Below, piece by piece: positions 39,173-50,095 of a DNA stretch of 64,000 nucleotides. A program made the translations under genes and the position numbers. Each line of letters starts with the position of its first letter. Position 1 is the first letter of the stretch. This DNA is from Eledone cirrhosa (taxonomy: Eukaryota): NCBI GenBank assembly GCA_964016885.1, contig OZ024742.1, forward strand, positions 33,480,001 to 33,544,000. The letters run 5' to 3'. Under the pieces are notes generated by a model. That model was not told where the DNA came from and did no database searches. It worked only from the letters and a program-made list of their open reading frames with translations.

Positions 39173-39986
39173 TGTGTGTGTATGTTCTAGCAGAACAGGT
39201 CAGATCTAGAGGAGTAAACCTCAATAAATATCCAGCTTGTCTCATAGTTAGTAATAGTTCATGCAACAACCATCAGTTTAATTAGATGACCTGAGCATCA
39301 TGAAGACCAGAGGCTTCGCTGATGATGGGCAATTATTTCAACAATGGGTTGGCACAACTGCTCCAGTTAGCAGAGAAATCTATGATTATGCAGGTGTGGC
39401 AAGCCACATATATTCTAGAACATCATCATCATGTCTGCTTCCATGCTGGCATAGGTTTAACAGATCATCAAGCCAATTTTGCTGATATATTCCATATTTC
39501 AGCATGATTCCTAATGCTGGATGCTCTTCCTAAAGCCAACCACTCTACAGAGTGTATTGGGTGCACTTTATTGTAACACCAACAATACCACTTTACAGAA
39601 TGTACTGTGGATATTTTATCATGGCACCAGCATGATAATATACACCCACTACATTCTGTAAGATGGTAGTGATGGATAAAAGCACTCAGTACACTTTAAA
39701 AAAGCCAAATTCCTCAAAATGGAAGAGATATTGATGTAGCAAAACCTCTTCTGGCGCAAGCATATAAAAAAATTTATTTAACAAGACAAATACTCTACTC
39801 ACAGCTGCCAGTATGACTTTAGGTTAAAATTCAGATAAATTGAAAAAGAAAAGATAAGTGAGAGAAAAAAGGTATGGAATTTTATCTAAATTTCTGAGAT
39901 GAAAAGTTATTACTAGTACATAACATGGTGATTTACAGAGAGAAGAGGTAATACTGTATGTTAGTAAAAGGGGATGCGTAGGTGTC

Positions 39987-41020
39987 GATTTCTCCAATGC
40001 ATTCGATAGCATTCATCGACCGTCGCTCTGGAGCATCATGCATGAGTATGGTCTGCCCCAGAAAGTCATTTCGGCAATCAAACAGATTTACGCAAACTCC
40101 AAGTGCTGCATACGGACAGAGGATGGTTACAGTGACTGGTTTGAGGTGGTTACTGGCGTGCGTCAAGGTTGCTTGCTCTCTCCAATTCTCTTTGGCATAG
40201 CCATTGACTGGGTACTAAGAAGAGCGTCTAAAGACCAGGATATATCTTGGGTGGGAGAGCAAGAGTTGTCTGACCTGGACTTTGCAGACGATATTGCTGC
40301 ACTTGCAGAGAGCACAGCTGACCTGCAAATCATTGTGAACAATATCAATGTCGAAGCAGGAAGCTTAGGTCTCAATATCAGTGCCAAGAAGACCAAAAGC
40401 ATGTTATCTAGGACACACCCACCACCAACCAGTGTCTTCATTGAACAGGGGGAGGTGGAGATAGTGGACAACTTCACCTACCTAGGATGCTCCATTAACA
40501 ATGAGGGTACCATGGACAGTGAACTGCAATGTAGAATGGGAAAGGCTTCAGCAGCATTTAACCAGCTTGACAAGATCTGGAAGAGCAGCAAGTTCACCCT
40601 CAAAACAAAGATGAGATTCTACAACAGCAACGTGCTGTCCACACTCTTGTACGGATGTGAAACATGGCACCTTAAGACCAGCCAAGAGAAAAAGTTGGAC
40701 GCATTCGATTCCAGATGTCTGCGAAAGATCCTGGGGATTAAATGGAGTGACCATGTAACAAACTAGGAAGTCAGGAACCGCACCAGCTGGCAGCTAGTCT
40801 CTTCAACCATCTGCAAGCGACACCTGGGCTGGTTAGGACACGCTTTGAGACTTCCTCCGGAGAGACTGGCGAACCAAGTACTTAAATGGAGCCCGCAGGG
40901 AAGTAGACAGAGAGGGCGACCCAAAATGAACTGGTGCCAGACAGTTGAGAGGGACCTGTGAGCGACAAACAGACAATGGCGACAAACGCGATGGAACACT
41001 ATGATTGCCTCATGCGTCGC
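39987..41020 (+). mobile_element. Second RTE-clade LINE RT fragment at the right breakpoint of unit B
   Basis: DFSNAFDSI, GVRQGCLLSP, DLDFADD, FTYLG, LLYGCETW. Confidence 0.9.
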
Positions 41021-41278
41021 AAGGGTGGGACGGGAACTGATTCTGGCTTGATTTCTACAGCTGGATGCCCTTCCTAACACAAACCTCATTTACAGTGAGT
41101 GCTGGGTGCTTTTTTGCCGTGGCACCTCCACAATCACTTTGCGGTGGAATGATAGGGACCCCAGTCCCTATCATCTCATTTCTACAGCTGAGTAAACTGG
41201 AGCAATGTGAAATAAAGTGTCTTGCTCAAGGAAACAACACATATATATATATATATACATTTTATTTATTACATGTAC

Positions 41279-41334
<56 letters not shown>

Positions 41335-41361
41335 TTTTATATATATATATATATATATGTG

Positions 41362-42397
41362 CAATAAGTAGCAGCAAGTGCCCACAGAATACTAGCTCAT
41401 TCCATTGCACAGATGGTTCTATAGAAATAGTGGACACCTTCCGTTACTTGGGTGACAAAATCAGCAGTGGGGGAGGGTGCTCTGAAAGTACAGTAGCTAG
41501 AGTCAGAACTGGATGGAAAAAGTTCAGAGAGTTTATACCACTATTAGCCGCTAAAGGGTTCTCTCTAAAAATGAAAGGCAGGCTGTATGATGCCTGCATA
41601 CGAACAGCAATGTTACATGGCAGTGAGACTTGGGCATTGTGTGCAGAGGATATACACAGACTAGAGAGGAACGAAGCTTGCATGCTCCGTTGGATGTGTA
41701 ATAGTAATATACGTGAACGGTAAAGCATAAATGAACTAAGGGAGAAATTAGGAATAAGAGGAATCAGATGTTGTTTACTCAAGAGAAGACTACGTTGGTA
41801 TGGTCACGTGATGAGCATGAAAGACGACAGCTGTATAAAAAAGTGCAGGGCGATGAAAATAGACGGTAGCCACGGAGTAGGCAGACCCAGAAAAACCTGG
41901 ACGACTTGATAAATTCCGACCTCACACACTTACACCTCTCCAAGACAATGTCACTGCACCGAGATCTTTGGCGCTACACAGTAATACAGAAGACCCGCCT
42001 TGCCTAAGTACAAAGCGAAACCTACAGTCAGTAGGCACCTCTAACAAAATTACACCCCGCCGAACCACCCCCACCCTATCCACACCACCCCTTTCGATGT
42101 AAAGTTATGTTGGTACCACAACATCCAGTCCGAAATAAATGAGGTTGTGTAGGTGTCACGAAAAAAAACCACACAGTCCACGCTGTAATGTGGCCGTGTA
42201 GGTAACACGGTAAAAACCTCCCAGTCCACACTGTAAACGTGGTTGGTGTTAGGAAGGGCATCCAGCCGTAGAAAACCTGCCAGACAGTCCTATACGAGCA
42301 AGACAACCAATCTTGCCTGAAGTGGGAAAACTCCCGTCCAAACCCATGCAAGCGTGGAACACGGACGTTAAACGATGATGATGATGATGATGATGAT
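41362..42397 (+). mobile_element. RTE LINE 3' fragment (same family as 5102-6812)
   Basis: FRYLGDKIS...MLHGSETW...MLRWMC, followed by the 3' UTR and (GAT)n. Confidence 0.9.
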
Positions 42398-43029
42398 ACA
42401 TACTAAAAGCCTAATACCAAGAATACTAAAGCAAAAATACCACTAAGAATTTTATAAAGCCATCTTTACAGGGTGTCAAACACCACTGCAATAGTTAGTA
42501 ATAATCAGCCAATGCTATCTTACAATGACAGGTTAATAAGTTGAGGGCAAACATACTAAAAAACTAATACGAAATATTAATTCAGAATACTAATACAATA
42601 AATGCTAATACAAGAATACCAATGCCGAAATACCACTAAGAAATTTAGACATCACGGAAATGGAGCAGCAACCAGAAAGAAGGCAATTATCTGCTATAAA
42701 AAGCGTGATCGGCCAATTCTATCTTAAAATTAGGGGGAGGGGGGGCTAAGGCTACAGAGGACCGATGGGCTGCATCGGGGTGGGCGAAAAGTTGAAAAAA
42801 AAAAAAAGACGACAAGGAAGGAGATCTGGGGTGGAAGGACTAGGAAGAGATGGGAAGAAGAAGGAACTATTGAGGAAAAGATAAAAATATAAAAAATATA
42901 AAAAAGTGTTACGTCTACCTTTGTAAGCAGGGGTTACCCCATACAAAGTCGGCAAGTGGGGTGTTTCAGCCCTTGTCTAACCCCCCCCCCCCGGTCATTA
43001 TGAGGTTTGAGGGCGACGTAAGTCCTACG

Positions 43030-43760
43030 CAATCTGTGTTTGCATGCAGTTACCAGTTCGTCTTGTTTAGGAGTTGGTCCTTCGAAACAGCATTTGTAAT
43101 GTTTCCTCCGAACATAAGTTAGACGGACAGCGTCCTCCCGTGAAGGAGTTAGCTCTGGACAGTAAGCTCCAAGTGAGATTGTATGTTATATTATTATCTT
43201 TGAGGTCCCAGATGTGGCCCGAGAGTGTAGTGGTGTGACGCCGGGCCGGGTTTCGGAAAGTATGTCTGTGTAGGTAGAGCCGGGTCTTGAAGTCACAAGT
43301 GGTTAATCCTATATAAGCTTTGTTGGAGGTGTCCGTCCTCACGTTGCACTGGTAGATCACATTACGATCTCGGCATCTGTTGTTGAGGGGGCAAAGGGAT
43401 CTATCAGGACAGTTGCACCTCCTGGTCGGCTCTCCACTGCTGTCTCGGTTATTTCTTCCATAGGGGTTGAGTTTTTTGTTGTTAGAGGAGACGATGTTTT
43501 GTGCAAAGTTAGGTGCGGTGCTGTAGGAGAGTTTGATGGTGTTTTTGTTGATTATGTTGTGGTAGCGGTGTTATAGTGGGAAGTGTTTTTCGATGAGTCT
43601 AAAGAAGATTTTCCCGATAGGTGTTGTCACCTCGGCATTGTGGGGAGGATTGAACCATGTTACGTTGCGTGAGTGGCGGTGTCGCCTGCTGGTTCCGCTA
43701 ATGGAAGCCACTCCACTTGAGGGCCTGGTTGTAATAAGGCGCATGTTCATCGAATATCTG

Positions 43761-43762
<2 letters not shown>
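43030..43762 (-). mobile_element. Penelope-like element GIY-YIG endonuclease fragment
   Basis: VTWFNPP, IYQCNV...AYIGLTTCDFKTR...TTLSGHIWDLK...LCSEE. Confidence 0.88.
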
Positions 43763-43837
<75 letters not shown>

Positions 43838-44156
43838 ATATGTGTATGCATATATATATGCATATATATATGCACATAGATATATGTATATCATATATAT
43901 ATATATATAATATATGCATGTATATATATAAATATATATGCATATATATATATGCATATATGTATATATATATATATCATCATCATCATCATCATCATCA
44001 TCTTCGTTTAACGTCCATTTTCCATGCTAGCATGGGTTAGACGGGAGTTGTTCCACTTGAGGCAAATATATATATATATGCATATATGTATATATATATA
44101 TAGAAATATATATATATATATATATGCATATATATATATATATATATATGCATATA

Positions 44157-44255
<99 letters not shown>

Positions 44256-44268
44256 GCATATATGTATA

Positions 44269-44346
<78 letters not shown>

Positions 44347-44348
44347 CA

Positions 44349-44388
<40 letters not shown>
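43763..44388. repeat. (TA)n/(TATGCA)n microsatellite field with an embedded RTE tail
   Basis: Seen directly. Similar tracts at 41240-41360, 45500-45540, 46025-46073, 56817-56878 and 57225-57480. Confidence 0.95.
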
Positions 44389-45347
44389 AAGTAATTCCGT
44401 TGGAAAGGTCCAGGAAAAAAGAGTGCTCTATGTAGGTTACAGAGCTTATTAGTTATGTAATAAACAACATAAGATAATTATTTCATTTACCAGTGGTTTC
44501 TTGAAAGCAAACAAATCTGTTTTCAGTCGTCAGAATGAAAAAATCCTGGTGTTTTTATTGAATTTGGATTTGAAAACAAAAGTATAAGAAATATGAAAGT
44601 GAGGCTGAAGGAAGAAGAAAAAAGATAATAAATATATAAGTATATAAACACACACACACATAAATATACATACACATACACATAAATACACAAACACATA
44701 TATATATACACACATATACACACACATACTTATAAAAATAAATAAACAAATATATACACACTCGACCATGCGCATATACTAAAGTAAGTAGTCACATGGT
44801 AAGCAAATGTACAAAATAAAATAAATATATATATATATACATATACACATACACATATATATATATATAAAGCGTTGAAATACCAATGAAAGTCGGAAAA
44901 TCACTGATGAAGGACTAATTTTATTCATATGTAACCCATGTGCAACCACGCAGCACTCAATTCTTCTCATATTTATTTATATATATATATAGCTGGATGC
45001 CCTTCCTAACACCAACCTCATTTACAGTGAGTGCTGGGTGCTTTTTTTCCGTGGCACCTACACATCCACTTTACAGTGTGGGCTGGGTGCTTTTTTGCCG
45101 TGACACCTCCACGACCACTTTACAGAGGAATGATAGGGACCCCAGTGCTATCAACTCATTTCTACAGCTGAGTAAACTGGAGCAATGTGAAATAAAGTGT
45201 CTTGCTCAAGGAAGCAACACATCACTCGGTCTGAGAATTGAACTCACAACCTTTCGATTGCAAGCCCAATGCTCTAACCACTAAGCCATGTGCCTCCATA
45301 TACATATACATATACATACACACACACATACATACATAGAAAAATAT

Positions 45348-45378
<31 letters not shown>

Positions 45379-45498
45379 CAGTACAAACATATACACAGAT
45401 AAGTATATACATACAAATACATATACACACACATATATATCATCATCATCATCATCATTTCATTTTACGTCCGCTTTTCCCTGCTTGCAAGGGTGGGA

Positions 45499-45544
<46 letters not shown>

Positions 45545-46034
45545 GTCGTGTAGGTGTCACGACAAAAAAATACACACAGTCCACGCTGGAATGTGGCCAT
45601 GTAGGTAACACGGTAAAAACCTCCCAGTCCACACTGTAAACGTGGTTGGTGTTAGGAAGGGCATCCAGCCGTAGAAAACCCGCCAGACAGTCCTATATGA
45701 GCAAGACAACCAATCTTGCCCCAAGTGGGAAAATTCCCATCCAAACCCACGCAAGCGTGGAAGATTGACGTTAAATGATGATGACACACACACACACATA
45801 TACATACTCACATGCATACACACACATACGCATGCATATACTCTCAACCACACGTATAGGTAAATATACACAAATGTAGGTGTATATACATATATCAAAA
45901 AATATAAATACATTCACACACACATATACATGAGAAAAAATACATACAACCACATACACATATATATATAAATAATTACTTATATATACAAATCTACACA
46001 CATACACACATACTAATATGTACACATACATACG

Positions 46035-46076
<42 letters not shown>

Positions 46077-46203
46077 AAAGTTTTATTTAAATTGCTGGGA
46101 TAAAACAAGCAAATATTTTTATAACTGATATAAAGCACTCGACAAATATTTGGAGTAGATATACGATATTAATAAATGGAAACTATATTTATAAAACCAT
46201 ATT

Positions 46204-46268
46204 TATTTCATTATATATATTTCAAGGATACCAAGTTACATTATGGTATGCCTTCATCAGACAAAATA
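46204..46268 (-). ncRNA. Minimal hammerhead ribozyme motif, inverted copy
   Basis: Reverse complement of 56712-56776. Confidence 0.7.
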
Positions 46269-46341
46269 CAATATATAACAGTTTTATAAATAGACATTGA
46301 CGTACCCCTCCTTGTTTTTAAGTTATATTGATATAATATTT

Positions 46342-49300
46342 AAATCTAGCTGTCGTCTGTTCTACAGTGTGGATGTCATTCACTTCGCACAGAAGTTTTG
46401 TTCAAATTTATTGAGGAAATTTTGTGAGTTCAAACTTAATTTTGATACAATTGTGTAGCTTGACCCTCCGTCTGAACTGTCAGGCGGTGGGTCAGCTCAT
46501 CTTTACCCCTCCTAGAGGTGAAAAACCTGTTTTAAAAAATTTTGTGTAAAAAATTTCAATCGTCTAACAGAAATGTTAAACGCAGCGAACGAAAATAGTG
46601 GTGGGGGGACAGCGGTAAGAGTTGTAAGCTCGCACGCTTTAGTCCTCCCTTCCTTCCCAACTAACGTCATAGAGAAGGAAGGAAAAATGAAAATAAAAAC
46701 GGACGAATCTGCGGAGAAAAAATTAAATGACGAAAACATAAGTGAAAGTGCGGCCTTGAGACTGGTCGCCGTCTACTCCCCTTTCGGAGCTGAACGGCCC
46801 GACTTCTTCCAGCGTTTGGAGACTTTTCTGGGAACGTCGCGTTCCCTGCTTCTAGCGGGGGATTGGAATGACATCCTGGATGCACGTTGGGACTATGCAG
46901 GAGCATGTCCTAATAGAGGGGGGTGTAACAGCCTCAAGGGGTTACTCGACCGTTTTAACTTGGTCGATAGATATCGACTAGATTTTCCAACTGTGCCTAC
47001 CTGGACTTGGAGAAACCACAGTGGTCAATCTAGATCGTACTTAGATAGATTCTTAGTTAGAAGTAAGGATAGGGACATATTAAGCTCTCCAGAAATGCGC
47101 ACGGTTGGCTACACGGATCACAAATTAGTGACCTGCGTGGTCAATCTCGAGAAAACACATAGACAGGGTCCCGGTTACTGGAAACTTAATTTGTCTTTAC
47201 CGGCAAAAGAGACTTACAGAAACCGGATTAGCAGATTAGTTAAGGAGAGGTTGACGGGTGCAATCGTCAACAACCGATGGTGGGCATCTCTCAAAAGAGA
47301 GATTAGAACAGAATCAATAAGTTATAGCAAGATGTTAGCTGCCGATAGGAATAGAAACGAGAAAGAATTAACAGGTAAATTAGAAGAGGCAATCAAGAGC
47401 GAAGATGTGGCCAGAGTGCTGGCATCGAGGACGGCCTTGAACCAGTTTTTCGATGCAAAGCATGAAGGCTGCGTCATTCGAAGTAAAATACGTGCTCTAG
47501 GTAATGAGGGGGCCAAAGCCGTTGGATGGGCCCGCGTGACAGAAGCTAAGAGTGGAAATCGATCCACCATCCGGTCGTTGCAAGACGAAGATGGACGAGT
47601 GATCCGGGAGCCTAAGCAGATGTGCGAGGCCTTTCAAAAGCACTTTGCCCGATTGTTCGGGGGAGGCGAGGGTCCGGGCCGGGGCGTGGATTTCGGTCCA
47701 TACCTCGACGGCCTGCCGCGTCTCTCGAACAAAGAGGCAGAGTCCTGCAAGGGACCAATCTCGGCTGATGAGATCGGAGATGCGCTGAGCCAATGCAGCA
47801 GACGCAAATCTCCAGGTCTCGATGGTATACCTTACGAACTTTATTTAGCAATGCCGGTCTTCTTCTCCGAACTCCTCGAAGCGGTCTACTGCAATTGGCA
47901 GCAGAACGGGAGAATTCCTTGTTCTGTAGCCAAGGGCGTAGTCACGCTGGTGAGGAAGGACGAGAACAAGGGGGATAGTATAAATAATTTTCGGCCCATA
48001 ACCCTGCTAAACACAGAGTTAAAGATTTTGGCCAAGGTGTTAGCAAAGAGGTTGGCGCTTGTCGTGGGTGGCCTGGTGGGAGATGCGCAGACATGTGCTA
48101 TCCCATCCAGGTCCATTCACGATAACCTCCACCTCATGCGATACATCATAGAGAGGGTTGGCAACAAACCCGGCTTCGGTGGGGCCCTGATCAACTTGGA
48201 TCAGTCTAAGGCCTTCGATAGGGTCGACCATGGTTACCTGGATGCGGTGCTAGCGGCGGCTGGATTCGGTCCTGTTTTCAGAGGCTGGATCACTGCCCTA
48301 CATAGCAACCACATCTGTTCTAGGATCAAGGTGAACGGCTACCTTTCGAAGCCGTTCGAAATCACACGATCCATTCGACAGGGGTGCCCTCTCTCCTCCC
48401 TTCTGTACGTATTGACTCTCGAGCCTTTACTGAGGAAGTTGGAGTTGTTGCAGGGTATCCCCCTGGAACCAGGATTGAGCAAAGCGGTGTCGGCCTACGC
48501 CGATGACGTAACAGTAATGGTATCAACCGACTCGGAGATCGAGGCGATCGGTACCTTACTGGAGGAGTACGAAAGGTTGTCAGGAGCGAAACTGAACCGG
48601 GAAAAATCCATCGGGTTGCAACTCGGAACGTGGAGAGGCAAACCGATGCCTCCTGACGGTGTCGTCGGACACTGGACGGAGGGCCCGGTAAAGTTGCTTG
48701 GGGTCTGGTTTGGACCGGACCTCCAGGTGGAAAAGAACTGGAACGAGGTTACGAACAAGGTGTTTGCACTAACCCAGAAATGGGCCAAGTGTAAGCTGTC
48801 CCTAAAAGGCCGGGCGGAGGTGGCGAACATTTACATAGCGTCCGTCACTTACTACCGCCTGACTGTCGTGCCTTGCCCTAAGGAAACACTCACCACCATG
48901 GAACGCATGCTCTTCCAATTTCTTTGGAAGAAGCGTCCTCCTATGGTGAGAAGATCCATCTGCTGCCAACAACCTTCGAAAGGAGGGCTGGGGATGCCGT
49001 GGTTGATGATGCGTAGGCACGCATTAAGGCTACGGCTCCTACAGGTATTCCTCACTGGTCAACCGGTGTGGGCTCCGTTCGGGAAACGAGCCTTTCCGAG
49101 ACTCGTCTCACTCACCGAGCTACAGTCCTGGGTCAAGCAAAGATCCGGAAAACTGGGAGACTGGCACACTGAGTGTGCTCAGGCGCTCAGGGCTCTCTGG
49201 CAAGCGGGCCAGGCCATCGGTGGAGAATCCACCTCATCATTCTATAGAGGGCAGGTGGCTAGCAGGGGCGATGACACCCTTGGAGAGTCGCTGGACATGG

Positions 49301-50095
49301 AAGAAGACGAACTGGCCAGCCTGTTCGGTAGGACTTTCGGCCCAGGACCAATGGACAACTTCCAGAAGTCACTGGCCTGGCAGTGCTACCGGGGGGCTCT
49401 ACCCGTTCGAGAGAGGCTCTACAGACACGGGCGCCCGGGCAGGGATCCCTCAAAAAAGATTTGCCCTAGATGCGTGCGTCACGAAGAAACCGTAGCGCAC
49501 GCATTGGTGCAATGTCCGGGCGTGGCTGATCTGTGGGGCTACGCCGAACAACTGCTCTCGCGGGTGGCGCCGATTAAATTGACCGCCGAGTCCGTGATGA
49601 CAATCAAACCGCCTCCCCTCTTCACAAAGGAAGCAAAGGCGGTTTTTCTGTGCGTAATAGCCATGTTGAAAGAGGTTGTTTGGTGGACACGATTGAAAGG
49701 TCTGAGGTCAGGCAACTTCCTCTCTGGCCATAGTCTGGTCTACTTCTTCCGATATCACTTCGGAAGAAGGATAAGAATGGAGAGAGAGGTGCTTGGCCAC
49801 AGGCAGTTTTATGAAAGGTGGGTGATAGTGGTGAGAATGGCTCGTGTAAATGGGCCTTCTCTGTATACCATCCTGTAGGTAAAGAAGTAAAGGAGAGGGG
49901 AGCACCTTCTCCATGTGCTCCCCGGGCAAAGGATTGCACACTTTTTCGGGGGTGTGTGCAACCCCCATCACGTCCCCTCCCTTTTGAGGTTATTTTCGAT
50001 TATTTTCATGTTACACCCTTTTTACTCGATTATATGTAAACTCCCCCTTTGTATTTGTCCCTTCTTTTTATGCCTTTATGGTAAATAAAGAAATC
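46342..50095 (+). mobile_element. Tx1/L1-clade LINE insertion bounded by an 18-bp TSD
   Basis: TSD tatattgatataatattt at 46324-46341 and 50096-50113. GC-rich body, 3' UTR ending aataaagaaatc. Confidence 0.9.
46573..49878 (+). CDS. LINE ORF2-like protein: N-truncated AP endonuclease, reverse transcriptase and C-terminal zinc knuckle
   Basis: 1101 aa with no stop. Motifs GDWN, YLDR, TDH (APE); KSPGLDG, FRPITLLN, KAFDRV, RQGCPLS, YADD (RT); CPRC...ETVAHALVQC. Confidence 0.9.
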   Translation: MLNAANENSGGGTAVRVVSSHALVLPSFPTNVIEKEGKMKIKTDESAEKKLNDENISESAALRLVAVYSPFGAERPDFFQRLETFLGTSRSLLLAGDWNDILDARWDYAGACPNRGGCNSLKGLLDRFNLVDRYRLDFPTVPTWTWRNHSGQSRSYLDRFLVRSKDRDILSSPEMRTVGYTDHKLVTCVVNLEKTHRQGPGYWKLNLSLPAKETYRNRISRLVKERLTGAIVNNRWWASLKREIRTESISYSKMLAADRNRNEKELTGKLEEAIKSEDVARVLASRTALNQFFDAKHEGCVIRSKIRALGNEGAKAVGWARVTEAKSGNRSTIRSLQDEDGRVIREPKQMCEAFQKHFARLFGGGEGPGRGVDFGPYLDGLPRLSNKEAESCKGPISADEIGDALSQCSRRKSPGLDGIPYELYLAMPVFFSELLEAVYCNWQQNGRIPCSVAKGVVTLVRKDENKGDSINNFRPITLLNTELKILAKVLAKRLALVVGGLVGDAQTCAIPSRSIHDNLHLMRYIIERVGNKPGFGGALINLDQSKAFDRVDHGYLDAVLAAAGFGPVFRGWITALHSNHICSRIKVNGYLSKPFEITRSIRQGCPLSSLLYVLTLEPLLRKLELLQGIPLEPGLSKAVSAYADDVTVMVSTDSEIEAIGTLLEEYERLSGAKLNREKSIGLQLGTWRGKPMPPDGVVGHWTEGPVKLLGVWFGPDLQVEKNWNEVTNKVFALTQKWAKCKLSLKGRAEVANIYIASVTYYRLTVVPCPKETLTTMERMLFQFLWKKRPPMVRRSICCQQPSKGGLGMPWLMMRRHALRLRLLQVFLTGQPVWAPFGKRAFPRLVSLTELQSWVKQRSGKLGDWHTECAQALRALWQAGQAIGGESTSSFYRGQVASRGDDTLGESLDMEEDELASLFGRTFGPGPMDNFQKSLAWQCYRGALPVRERLYRHGRPGRDPSKKICPRCVRHEETVAHALVQCPGVADLWGYAEQLLSRVAPIKLTAESVMTIKPPPLFTKEAKAVFLCVIAMLKEVVWWTRLKGLRSGNFLSGHSLVYFFRYHFGRRIRMEREVLGHRQFYERWVIVVRMARVNGPSLYTIL

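Larger units (their letters stand above)
28593..39986 (+). repeat. Tandem segmental duplication unit B
   Basis: Near-identical to 13125-23800, with private insertions (one SINE, two LTRs) and deletions. Confidence 0.95.

Noticed and set aside
44904-44960. CTGATGAAGG hammerhead-like start
   Set aside because: No closing stem II or downstream GAAA is visible.
43571-46037. Many YI/CV-rich ORFs
   Set aside because: Artefacts of (TA)n and (TG)n microsatellites.
47322-49971. Antisense and alternative-frame ORFs within the LINE
   Set aside because: Shadow ORFs of a GC-rich coding sequence.
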